The position numbers and the translations under genes are program-made. A stretch of 63,461 bases of DNA, the filler included, from Intoshia linei (lineage: Eukaryota; Animalia; Orthonectida), in assembly GCA_001642005.1 (NCBI GenBank). It is 8 parts of 8 records of this genome, joined end to end, with 100 filler letters (N's around TTAATTAATTAA, not from the genome) between each part and the next. Parts side by side here need not be neighbours in the genome. Positions count along the whole stretch, not along the records: positions 51,537 to 56,018 come from LWCA01001930.1; positions 56,119 to 63,461 come from LWCA01001612.1; 6 more parts are not named here. One strand, 5' to 3'. Positions 51,437 through 63,461 of this stretch are shown here, piece by piece (the stretch's first letter is position 1; each line of letters opens with the position of its first letter). The notes beneath the pieces were generated by a model that was given only the letters and a program-made list of their open reading frames with translations, did not search any database and was not told the DNA's origin.

Positions 51437-52289
51437 NNNNNNNNNNNNNNNNNNNNNNNNNNNNNNNNNNNNNNNNNNNNTTAATTAATTAANNNNNNNN
51501 NNNNNNNNNNNNNNNNNNNNNNNNNNNNNNNNNNNNTAGATATTAAATTAGATGGCGTTAATGAGAAATAATTACTATAATTGCGGAAATATTATTTTTA
51601 ATTTTATTTTATTTTTGTAAATAATTTAAAATTAATATAATTTTTCATGGACCCCAAAAAATTGTTATGGACCCCGTTGATAATGTTTTGTGTATTACTT
51701 CGTCATGTATTATTCAAAAACTCACAATAACAAAAAATACATGTATGACCAATGGTCACTGACCATTTAATGGTTTTTATTTAAAAAAATTAAATTCCGT
51801 TAACATCATATAGTTTACGATAGTTGATTCACTTTATAACTGGTTAATTTATAAATAAATAATAAATTTGTAATTAATATTCGTAATATTGCTTTATTAT
51901 TCTTGCAATTTAATGCTAATTATCTTGTACAAAATGGCATTATGTCATAACAACTTTCCCGAAATATAAATTATTAATTAACATTATCATGTATTATTAT
52001 GACTATCAATGTTAATCTAATAGTTATGACATTATTAACATTTTATTTTAGCTTATATTCCAAAATGTAATATAATGGGATCATGCGAAGGCGGCTTGAA
52101 CATGGAAATTCAAGGTTATAAATTATAACTTATAATTAGGACAAACTTTTTCTAACATATAAAATCGTCAAAATATAACCTATCAAAATAAAATTCTAAC
52201 TTTTTTAACCTATAAAAAATACATTAAAAATTCAATTTGGTCCCCCCTGTTAAAAAATTAAATATTAAGATTTATTATGGTACAATATT

Positions 52290-53170
52290 AAATATTTTTT
52301 AACGTTTGTAGATAAAAATTCCTTTGTTTTGTGAGTAATATCTTCAGCATGCTAAAACTTCTTTCTACACCGTTAGAAGTTTAAAGGCCATTTCTCAATT
52401 GGCTGTACAATGAAGGAGGTTTGGACTGATCCATAGCTAACATAATTTTTTTGATATCATTCTTTTTTCTATATATAGTTGTATTTCACATGGGTCAGGA
52501 ATAAATTGTATTTTTTTATGGTATCATGCTTGATTAATAGTAAACGACTCTTTTGTCATGTCAATAACACCTAATATAAATGTATATCCGTTTAATTCGA
52601 TTAATTCATTATATAATCCAATTATAGATACAATTTGACCATTCATGTTTGTATTAATCATTTTACAGTCAAACAGCATTAAATTTTGGGGGTTTTTCAA
52701 AGTATTTACAATTATATTTATATATTTAACATCGTTTAAATCGGTTTCATCCAACATCATAAATATTAATTCATCTTTAGAAACGATTTTATCCTTTCAA
52801 TTTCCTTCAAATATACCTGGTCAATTTTACCACCACAATTGTTTTCAGGTGTTAACGATTTGCCCATGTTGATAAAAAATTCCTTTAAGTTTTTTTTGTT
52901 TAACTTGTATAAGGTATGTCTACCGAGGCAAAAAATTCTACTGTCAATGGCAAAATGACTTTTTAATTTGCAATATTTACGGATTGGATTAGTATCATTC
53001 AAAGTTAATGATTTTTGTTTAACAGACGACCTATGACTCTGCACATAATATAATTTTTCAAATGAAACATCACAATTGCATTTGATAGAAATTAAACTGC
53101 CATCCTTCATTTTAAATTCATTTGGAAATATTCTTAAAATATTATAAATTTTTTCTGTCTTGACTTGGGA
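52290..53170 (-). mobile_element. Decayed CGGBP-like/hAT-related transposase
   Basis: CNCDVSFEKLYYVQSHRSS (BED-like), IMLDET.., and C-terminal TSNGVERSFSMLKILLTKQRNF; several frameshifts. Confidence 0.6.
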
Positions 53171-54021
53171 AATTTAGGAATTAACTGATTATTAGATCAA
53201 TATTTAATTAAGATTCAGATTTTATAATTTAAAAATGCACATGTAAATAATTGAATATTTCAAAATCTAACTTTATTAACTTTTAAAAAAATTTTAACTT
53301 TTCTAACCGTATTAACTTTATAAAATTTTAATTAGCCAATTAATATTGACGATATTGGTGCCATCATGCTGGAAATGTTAAACTATTTAATATATCAAAT
53401 TTTAACTTTTCTGACTTTTGCTTGCCCTACTTATGATGTATAACAAGTCGAACTACATTTTCATTTTAAATTTACCTATTTTGAAACAAGTCTTTCATGT
53501 CACTCGGAAATGACATGTATGGTGAGTGTAAAATTTTGTTTTTCATTTGAAGAAACTTGTTAAAGTTTAAATGACTTGTACAATGTAATGATAATGTATT
53601 ATTTTACTGTTGAGACGATATAATGAACATTATACGCTATATTTCAACATAATTTACAAAAATAATGCTGTTTTAGATATATCTGAAAGTGTCTACATTT
53701 TTCCAGAATGTTTGTCAGATGCATACTATCTTATAGCTATCAAAGTGAACCAATTTATAACATCAATAAGTAAATTATTAAATGTAGTTTGGACAGTATG
53801 TCGGGATAGTGATCATCTTATTCGGTCTTAAGATCATTAGGGCCTAATATTTTTATTTTACGATGAGTTGTTATTTTTAATTTACTATTTATATTAATTA
53901 GTATGTAATTATCGTATAATATACTTCTAATTTTGCCAGGTCTTCTCACCGATTTTACGGTTCATAATTTGAACTTAAAATTATCCTATGAAAATAGTAA
54001 ATATTTATTTATGTTTCTAGG

Positions 54022-54595
54022 GCATGAATCTGAAGCAGAAAAATTGATTGAGATCATGAACAAAATCATTCAACAAAAAATTAGAATTAATAACGACATA
54101 TTGAAGCAAATTAAACTGTTGAATATTCAGGAAAATACTAACAATATTCCAACTACTGATAATACTGACGTTACAGAAATTGATGAAATTACCGATGCCA
54201 CGACTAATGATGATAATCTTGATATTACTACCAACAATGAAGATCTAGATACATCGGGTACGGCGGATATTCCTGATGTAGCAGATAATGATGGTGACGA
54301 TACTACGAACACTAATGTTGTTACAGCCAATACGGTTGACAGTACAGTAGGCGAAAATTCAGAAAATGATGATAGTGCTGATGATTCGACTGATATCGAT
54401 ATTACAACGGATACAAATATTATCGGTGGTACAGAAAATTTGGATAATAATGACAATGCTGATAACACTGATAGTACCGATACCACTGGAATTAATACTG
54501 TTGTTGATAATACAGAAAATACAGATAATTCTATCAGCAGTAACACTCCAGAAAATATTCAAAATGACGAAAATACAGATGCAGTTCGAATATAA
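54022..54595 (+). CDS. Terminal exon of an orphan protein with a D/N/T-rich acidic tail
   Basis: Acceptor TTTCTAG at ~54021; coiled-coil-like EAEKLIEIMNKIIQQKI followed by ~150 aa rich in Asp/Asn/Thr; open and GC-richer than flanks. Confidence 0.6.
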
Positions 54596-54856
54596 CAAAA
54601 ATTTAATATTATATATTTTAGTTGAATAGACTAATTATTACATATTAAAACTATTTACTTGATTAAATTACATTTGAGAACCATAGATGTTTTAAGTGAG
54701 TTTGATGCAGTTTTAATTAAAAAAAAAGGGTAATTTGGGGGTTTTACCCTGATTAAAAATATATTTTTTTTAAATTTAAATTTGATTTTAAAATCCGTAT
54801 CAAAGTATATGTTTTTAAAAAAAAAGGTAATTGGGCTGTTAAATTCATTCTGTATT

Positions 54857-55183
54857 TTAAAATTTAAAATTTGGAATATTATTGATGTGTATACTGACTA
54901 AAAAATCAATGTACTTAAAAACCGAATTGAACTCCATAGTAATTAACCAGGTTACAATGTGAGCAATAAAGCTCCACACGGCTTTACCCAATAATTTGGC
55001 ATGTTGGTTAGTTTGTAATTCATCTAAGTGTACACCATCCAGTTTTCTAAATAAAGCAATTAGATAAATTTGAAATAAATATTTATAAAATCGTATAAAC
55101 GTTTCCTTGTTATCTAATGTTTTCCAGCTCTTCTCAATCAAAGATAATTCTTTTGAATTTATTTCTTTAAAGTTGGACATCAT
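54857..55183 (-). pseudogene. Intronless globin, truncated after the F helix
   Basis: ELSLIEKSW (A helix Trp), FIRFYKYLF (B), LFRKL (CD1 Phe), AKLLGKAVWSFI (E), FLVSIH (proximal F8 His); then runs into a Helitron-family fragment and stops. Confidence 0.7.
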
Positions 55184-55948
55184 GCCTTTAAGTAAATTTA
55201 CAATATAATTCTATAATTAAAATTAAACTCCATTATATACAATGTCATATAGTAACTATAATAGCGCTCAATAAAATATTTTAATATGTTTGATGCATAA
55301 ATAATAATAATTAACTTTAATATAAAATACGTAAATATAATAATAATTTTTTTTATCTACATCTACATCATAATCTAATATATTAAATATTATTGCAATC
55401 TACGATGTGGTATGAAATACATCAAAATGTTATAATAATTATTGAGTGAGATCGCTTTATAATTATAATGTTATTTATTTATTAGTAATTATAAATTTTT
55501 TATATATTAAATTAGAATATACATTAATTGTATATTAATGAGACAAATTAATCAAGTGTAATTACCATATACGAATGTATAACGGAATTAAGCAAATAAT
55601 TAAATTTTACCATAAAAGTACTGTATATATAAAAATTAACCGAACGAATAACACAAATTATACTGTAGTACAGTATACTGTATGTATTGAAATTTCAATA
55701 CATGCACTAATTACTTACTGTCGCGACAAATACTTCAGTTGTATTTAAATACCTGTTAAAATTTAAAAATAAACGACCCATAGTGGTATTTGTTCCATTT
55801 ATATTAAATATAAACATCACAATAGATTAGAAACAGTTTATTAATTTAATAAACGTTAAAACGTAATTTTGGTAAAAACTATCCTGACTTATACAAGTAA
55901 TGTGTAAAATTAAATAGTTAAAAATGTACGCCTAATTGTTTATTACTT

Positions 55949-56018
55949 TTACCCACCATTATAGAAAAAATCCACTTTTACCAACCATTATAAAAAAAAT
56001 CCACTTTTACCAACTATT
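55949..56018. repeat. ~29-bp tandem repeat at contig end
   Basis: CCACTTTTACCAACCATTATAAAAAAAAT-like unit, about 2.5 copies. Confidence 0.7.
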
Positions 56019-56279
56019 NNNNNNNNNNNNNNNNNNNNNNNNNNNNNNNNNNNNNNNNNNNNTTAATTAATTAANNNNNNNNNNNNNNNNNNNNNNNNNN
56101 NNNNNNNNNNNNNNNNNNGAACACCATAGAATATTTTTATTTTTTTTGTAATATGGTTTGTAGGTATAATATAATATCTTAATATTTCAGTTTTAACTTG
56201 GGTCTGTAGTTTAAATTAAATGAACTAGTTAATGAATTTAATTTAATTTAAACTTAAATAAAATAAATACGATCTTTTG

Positions 56280-57720
56280 ATTTACGATATTGTGAACGGA
56301 CACGTAAAGAACTCTACCACTCGTCCATTTTGAAGTAATACTGATCCAATTTCCATATTTGATGCATCGTATTCAATAACAAAATCAACTCCTTCTTTCG
56401 GTAAGGCCAACAGAGGGTCATGTTTGATTTTTTTCTTAATAATATAAAATGTATTTTGTTGAGCATCCTCCCATTTGTATGGAGCATTTTTTTTAGTAAA
56501 TGTGTCATCGGTTCACATATATCCGCATATTTTTCAATGAAACGTCTATAGAAGTTACACATCCCGAGGAACCGTCGTAACCTTCGTAGAATATTAGGTA
56601 ACTTAATATCATCAATTATACCTACTCTTGATTCATCAATTTTCGATTCGATCAATTTCGATCAATCGATTCCGTCTTGATTTATAACATGTCCAAGTAT
56701 GTTGATTTCAGACACCCAGGCGGAATTTAAATGTTTTATGTGTTCGTGTACATTATTTGACGCTACGATAATATTATCTAGGATAGCACTACATTTTTAT
56801 GGTATTTAAAAATGATATCCATTGTGCGCTGACAAGTTGTGGGAGCATTGGAAAATCCTTGCGCCATTACTTTAAATTGATACAATTTTGAACCACACGG
56901 AAATGCTGTTTTCCATCTGTCCTCTTTTGCTATTTTTTATTTTCAATTTTTGAGGAATTTGATAATAGGCACGGTTTAGATCAAGTTTAGAGAAATTAGA
57001 GTTTATTGTTATTTTCACTTTTAACACTATTGATGTAGCTACCCATAGTGGGTAAACTTCTTTCGGCAATTTCATTTGTATATGCTATATCGAATGGGTG
57101 TTCCTTCTTCGTCAAATGCATCATTATACAATTGTAAGCTTTGAAATTATGATGAGATTTTAGGAAAACTTCTAATTCACACCAAAGGGCTTTTTTTTGA
57201 AAACGTGAAGTGAACCATGTAGGTGACCAATATAATAATATGAAGTTACAAGCATCAATCATATTTTGACTTCTTTATGCATTATCTTGTTGAACTACAA
57301 AATTTTGACGCTTAAATTCTTCTTTTAGTTTTTTTTATATGAGAAATTAAAATAAATTTTTTAAATGAGATCTTCTAAGAGCTTTTCTTACATTTCCAAA
57401 GTTGTTCAATATTTTACAACGCGATTTTTTTGATACACTTTCTATTGCTACAGCTGAAAATATTTCTTTGGAGGTTCGGAGAGGATGATTTCGCATTTCT
57501 CTATTGATATTTCTATAGTCCCGACATGTTAAGTTACAAAGGTGGAGTTTTTTAGTACGCTTTCTGGTTTTATTTGGATTTTTGATAAACTTTATTATTG
57601 TGTAGCGATTTCTATTCAGAATTGTACAAATTTCTTCTACATGGCTTTATCAGTCAAGAGTTTTATTATTTATGATTTTTCATCATCGTTTAACGATTTA
57701 CCGCGTCCCATTTACTTAAT
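56280..57720 (-). mobile_element. Decayed Ty3/Gypsy LTR retrotransposon (gag/pol remnants)
   Basis: FSKLDLNRAYYQIP, MAQGFSNAPTTCQRTMD, decayed YxDD (LDNIIVAS), LRRFLGMCNFYRRFIEKYADICEPMTHLLKK. Confidence 0.85.
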
Positions 57721-59099
57721 AATATTATATGTTCTAATAAACGTGAACACTCAAAAAAATTTTGATAAAGTTATGATGTCAAAAACTAATTAAAAAGCAT
57801 CAATAGTCATCGTTACATTGTCAAACGATTAAGTAACATTCCTATTGTAATCTGTTCATATAATTTTTAATTTTTCATAACAATTTATTGGATGACTTAT
57901 GAATTTCATTATGTTCTAATAAACGTGAACGCAGTGTAGTTCTTTTAAAATGTATGCAAAAAATTCCGTCGTAAAATAACAATTTTTCTTTCATAGTCAT
58001 TTTGACTTTTAATAAATCTCTTAGTTGTGATTTATAAACTCCAACATATGTAGGAACTCTATTCTACTTCTATTTCTATTTACTATTTACTTATTACTAC
58101 TTACTTACTATACTATTACTACGAATTCTATTTACGTTTTTTATGTAACTAACGATAATTTTTTTCGGTTTTAAGTTGATCAATCTCTAACTGACAGGTT
58201 CAAATGAAGAACGAGTCCATAAATAATTAATTTCTTTCGACAAATATTTAAAATAAAAATAATAAATAAGTAAGTCTTAGAAACTCCCGAATTCACTATA
58301 GTGAGGTGATGATATCTTCCGAGCACCTTATTCTTAGATGGTAATATTATTATTTCATTTAAATCATTTTCGTTTAGGCCACCGTAAACTCTTTTCTTTC
58401 TTAATTGCATGTACTTATGATTATAATTAATTGATTATCACTTTGTTTATATAAGGATTTTTTAAGATATATCAACTTTCATTTTTTTGCGCGAGGGTTA
58501 TGTCAATAATTGGAGTCTGAAATTTTACATACTTTAGAGAATACAAAATGAACTCATATACCAAAAATACTTTTTTTCTCGTTAACTAGGTTAACACCCT
58601 ACTGTAAAATATCTTGCTTTCTGGATAACCTCAAAAATTCGAAAAAATCATTGAATTAATTAGGTGATTAATTGTAATTTATCTGATTTTGCTCATGAGA
58701 AATGGTAAAGCTATGTGATAATGGTAATGGTAATAACTAAATAGATGATATTGTTTAGTTTTCGAGTATACATCCCTAGTAGGGATACCATACTCATAAT
58801 TTCACATATACATTTCAATGGGATTTAAATCTAGACGGCATGCAGGTCATAGTGATAATCTCATTTCCAAATCCAAAACTGCACTGTTTTTAACTTTTTA
58901 AATTGTCACACTTTTTTGGGATATAATTTGACTATAATATAATTGATACGAAAATTTTGATTATTATTGTCATTCCTAGTTTTATTCGAATGGATGAACA
59001 TTTTGTTCACTATTGTCAGATGTCAGATTTGAATGTTATATATGTTATATTATATTATATTTTTTGTATTTATATTTATTATACAATTTAATTGATTTG

Positions 59100-60990
59100 T
59101 TAATCTTTATTCATCATTAATGTCACATCACCACTTGAAACGATACAAACGTTTGAAGCGCTTTTTGGGTTTATTGTATTGCAAACATTAATCCAACAGT
59201 TTGTTTCGATTGAAAATCTTTCAACTGTAGAAATGAGACCTCGTCCGTCATAACCAGTAATGAAATAAATTGAATTCTATATTTTATTAAGTTCAATTAA
59301 AATGGGTTACTTACTTTAAAGACGGTTGCTGCAAAATTACAGCGTCGTTCGTTTAAACACGCCGAGTAAATCCATTTTTTTAATTTTTTGCAAAAGTATT
59401 CTACAGATTTATTTCTATAATTTTTTCCAAAACCATTGTTATTTGTACCGCCTATAGCGTAGACTCTACGCAGTAGAGTCTTTCTAAAAATTGTTTACAA
59501 GTTTATTAAAAGTATGTACATTATATAGACACAGGGAAAATCCACTTCGTTTATCATTCATTTTGGAAAAATTAACCCATTTATCCTGCTTTGGATTGTA
59601 AAATTCAACTAGATTCAGAATGGATGTACCATCAAAGCCGCCNATCCATTTTTTTAATTTTTTGCAAAAGTATTCTACAGATTTATTTCTATAATTTTCT
59701 CCAAATCCATTGTTATTTGTACCTCCTATAGCGTAGAGTGTTTCTAAAAATTGTTGACAAGTTTATTAAAAGTATGACCCATTATATAGACACAGGGAAA
59801 ATCCACTTCGTTTATCATTCATTTTGGAAAAATTTACCCATTTATCCTGCTTTGGATTGTAAAATTCAACTAGATTCAGAATGGATGTACCATCAAAGCC
59901 GCCACACACGTAAATTTTGTTCGTATAAACAACTGCAGCAGCATCACTGCGAACATAATTCATACTTGTGCAATATGACCACGTGTTTGTATTAATGTTG
60001 TATTTTTCCACTGATTTAAGCCGATCATTAGAATTATACCCACCCATAACGTAAATGTGTTTTCCTAAATATACAACCGAAGCGTAGCACCTTAAATAAA
60101 TCAAGGTTGTAGCAATATAAAGTGGGAAGACATTCTTCACCGTTATAACTTCCTACAATGTATATTTTTATTAATCCGAATATGCAAAATCTAATTTTTT
60201 CTCATTTATAAACAACTTTCCTCATATTGAATGCCAATCGTTTGTGTAAATGTTATAAATTTCGATTTCGTCACTTGGACCTTTCTCGTTCCATCGTCCC
60301 ATTAATAACATTACTTGATTCGGATAACGTTCTTCTCTTCTTTTTTATACCAGCTTATGTTCTAAATCATTAATAAAAAAATTATTGTTTATTATAAAAG
60401 AAATAAATTTAAATTAATGTTTCTTAGACTAGACCACAGACTCCTGGGTCTCCTAATTTTGTACTAATTATGTGTTATTCATGACTATGTATAATGGATC
60501 CGGGAAATATTTTTCTTGAAATAGAGATCAGTGGAGTTGTGAGTTTAAGAACCGCTGATTTAAGTATAAGAAACAATACCTTCAATCATGGTAAATCATG
60601 ATATTTACACAAATTCGAGTAAAACTGATCAACAAGGTCTCGATTTATTGGATTGGAATTAATTGATTAAGGCGTATGCAATTCAGAAGTTGCAGTATAT
60701 ATCTTTTCCTGTTAAACGATTGATAGTTTAACTATATAAAGATGGCCTTTAAAATTGACCCTTTGGATAAAACGTCCAACATGTCGTCAGAGAGAAGTTT
60801 ATAAATAAAATAAAAAGATAGATATTATAAAATAATGAGTTTATTGCTTTTACGAGAATTCAATATTTTTCTATTATAGTTTCGTTTATGAGGAATTGAC
60901 TGCAATGTATCTTCAGCCTCTATTAAAAGATGACGATCAAATTCGAATTTAAAAAAGGAATACATTTTTTCATCAATTCTAAATGTTGAA
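59100..60990 (-). pseudogene. KLHL10-like kelch gene, apparently disabled
   Basis: RCYASVVYLGKHIYVMGGYNSNDRLKSVEKY...RSDAAAVVYTNKIYVCGGFDG (cf. recalled KLHL10 RCYVSV...RSDASATT); BACK-like LSDDMLDV...LLNCIRL with stops; further stops in the first kelch repeats. Confidence 0.7.
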
Positions 60991-61747
60991 AATCATTAAA
61001 CTATATAAAAATATTAAAAATTTTTATATAAATTGGTGAATATATATTTTGAACAAATTTTAATCACTTCAGGACAAATGAACCTGTCCGCAAATTTAAG
61101 ATTGTGGATACGTTATATATCGTTAAACATATTTTATTGTAATTTTTATCATTTAACACACCGTTTCTTTTCAATTTCCCAATTTTTTTCAAAATCTTCA
61201 TCAACAATTTCCATGACTTGTCCAACTCTTTTAAAATATTTAAATTGTTGGAGTCATACGTTACTACTGTCCCGTTTGCAATTATTTTACAATTTTTTGT
61301 CATTATTAAATGTCAATTCAATGAAAAATTATTAAGTATGAACGCTTCTTGTTTTTAAGTGTTAACCTATTTTTAATGTTTTCGTGTACACTGAGCACAA
61401 ACTTACTGTTTTTATACTGTTCCTTATTCAATTAAAATTTTTATATTTAACACCGTTTTTATAAAATTACATTTTAACCCATGCTGTGAATCATTTTCAT
61501 TTATAGTGCGCCCTAAAAAATTTATAATTTATTTTCTCATTTTCATTATTATTTATTGTACAACAATTTTGACGCAATCTTAACAACCCTTGTAAAAATT
61601 GTTGCCTGTTTAACAAGTGATTCAGTTTAATCATGTATAATCAAATAAAGTATATTCTCATAGTCGTAATGACTAGCTCATATCGGAAAACTAACTAAAT
61701 AATTGATTACGGATATTATACTTATAATTTTATTTTTAAAATTTCAG

Positions 61748-62394
61748 AATGTCAAAGCTCAAGATGACAGCGATAGTTTTATTATAAAAAAGGATGGTGT
61801 AGATGTATCTTATTATTGGATTTCATTCCTTAACGGACAGCAGCGTGTATTACTATTTACTCAAAGCGACAGATTGGCTTTTTACACGAAACAAGTTAGA
61901 TTAATATGAATACATTTAAATCGTCAATAGGTGGTTGAATTGGAACAAAATGATTGGCAGTATACGATAGGTCTAAAAAATATTGGGTTATCGATTGTTG
62001 ATGAAATCGTTAAGCAAGAAATTGCCTTTATTTCCATTACAGGGTAATTTAAGATAAAATGTAAATTTAATATTCTAGACCCGGTGCAATATGGTCACAT
62101 GAACAGAATAATAAATATGTTGATTTTGATGTTGGAATGAGCAGAATAATTGAATTAAATTTTTTGAAATCTCTACAAATTGAACCAAAAATTTTTAAAT
62201 GTGGAAAGTATACAGTATATAATTAAACTAAAACCATTATAAACTAAAATTAGATTAATTTCCTCAAAACTGGTCCAATTATTTTATATCCAAAGCCTCA
62301 AAATTTGAAACGAACCATGAAATATGGACTTTGGTTAGATTATTCTACCTCAGAATTTAAAACATATATTCATACTAAATTGAATAAATTACAG
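61748..62394 (+). CDS. VPS13: VPS13A/C-like lipid transfer protein, four internal exons
   Basis: YWISFLNGQQRVLLFTQ|...IGLKNIGLSIVDEIVKQEIAFISITG|PGAIW...|...GLWLDYSTS...HTKLNKLQ; introns ~35-37 nt. Confidence 0.85.
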
Positions 62395-62449
62395 GTATTA
62401 TTTATAAATTATATATAATATAAAATACGGGTTGTTTAACTTGACTACA

Positions 62450-63461
62450 CAGTGTGTCAATTTATTAGGCAGATACCTAAAATTGATGTAATAAACTCTA
62501 GGAATAATGAAAACTTATTTTTTTTTGTAATTAGGTGGATTTTTATTGATGTTAATATTATTCATTAAAAAAACTAAATTTAATTTGTAAAAAAACTTTT
62601 TATTCACATATTATTGTTTATTTACTTAAATTAGTGTGTCAATTTGTTAGGCAAATTTGAAATCGGACAAAAAAATGATTTGTATAATAACGGAAAAAGT
62701 CAAATANTATTCATTAAAAAAACTAAATTTAATTTGTAAAAAAACTTTTTATTCACATATTATTGTTTATTTACTTAAATTAGTGTGTCAATTTGTTAGG
62801 CAAATTTAACAAATACTGATAAATGAAAAGGAATATAACATCGAAATTTATTTCTAATGTTTAATATAGTTACCATTAACCTTTAACAATTTAATCAATC
62901 TTCCATCAACAGAATCTGTCAACTTCTTGACGCGTTCTGGTTGAATTGTACTAGACACCTGTTTTATCGCATTCCACAGTGATTCACTGGAATTATATTT
63001 GGTTCTAGCAGCATATAGCTTGTTAAATGGTAGAGTTATATGTATAGTTAATAGGTTATAAAAATATTATATATTTATTATGCTCCAATAATTTTCTATT
63101 GGATTTAAATCTGAACTGTTAAGAGGCCAAATTATTAACTTTTCTCCATTAATGCCATTTTCTGATAAAAATTTCCTACTATATATATATCGTGCATGAA
63201 TTTGAAATTGTTTTTAAATTCTTCACTCTTTGAATTGAATCATGGAAAGTAGTTTTCCTCCAAAAATTCTGTGTAACTAACTATAAAATTTTAAACATGC
63301 CAAAATAGTGAGTATTACAATTTAGAATATATTTTAACGCTACTTGGTATTCGAAATGGTCCTAACACTTGACTACCAAGTATTCCAGTCCAAAACATGA
63401 CCTCTCTTCCACCTTGTTGGCGACGCAATCTAATCGGAACTTTAGCATCATTAAGTACCCA
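62450..63461 (-). mobile_element. Tc1-like (DD38E/Intruder-like) transposon, 3' part, with an intron
   Basis: RLRRQQGGREVMFWTGILGSQVLGPFRIPSSVKIYSKF|YTEFLEENYFP*...FMHD...WPLNSSDLNPIENYWS...LWNAI...KLTDSVDGRL; terminus CAGTGTGTCAATTTATTAGGCA at 62450, repeated internally at ~62632. Confidence 0.85.

Noticed and set aside
54127-54629. Overlapping hydrophobic ORFs on both strands
   Set aside because: Shadow frames of the low-complexity acidic exon.
59371-59901. Tandem duplication of kelch repeats
   Set aside because: A single 'n' marks the junction (59643) and the copies differ like alleles; likely an unmerged haplotype overlap.
61033-61520. Possible mariner transposase relic
   Set aside because: Only a weak LKKIGK-type resemblance; too decayed to call.
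62556-62807. ~100-bp tandem duplication in the Tc1 TIR
   Set aside because: Single 'n' at the junction; treated as an assembly overlap.

Overview
Very AT-rich eukaryotic (animal) genomic DNA, not prokaryotic. Genes are split by many short GT-AG introns (about 33-50 nt) and by longer introns filled with transposon debris. This style would fit a reduced invertebrate such as an orthonectid, but that is an unverified inference. The window is eight contigs joined by seven artificial 100-bp spacers (44 N + TTAATTAATTAA + 44 N), so several genes are cut at joins. Host genes reconstructed by hand: an STKLD1/SgK071-like kinase, the 3' part of TTLL5, the 5' part of COQ3 head-to-head with a complete mitochondrial phosphate carrier (SLC25A3), a BAP1/UCHL5-type deubiquitinase, the last exons of eRF1, a divergent eIF4E, CFAP157, part of cytoplasmic dynein heavy chain, two tandem divergent Rabs, a truncated globin, an acidic orphan exon, a decayed KLHL10-like gene and internal VPS13 exons. 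Mobile DNA is dense: several Tc1/IS630 relics, hAT transposases and MITEs with 8-bp TSDs, a hATm/hATx-type element, a CGGBP-like transposase, Chapaev3, Gypsy, an rve integrase fragment and a multi-copy non-autonomous Helitron family. Most notable: two unrelated Tc1/IS630 transposases interrupted by host-sized mini-introns (one has four), a catalytically intact relative of the human pseudokinase STKLD1, Rabs lacking the G4 Asn, a COQ3/TTLL5 half-gene junction, and a locally templated inverted insertion with a 15-bp TSD. Homology calls come from recalled protein motifs, not database searches. No CRISPR, tRNA or rRNA was recognised.
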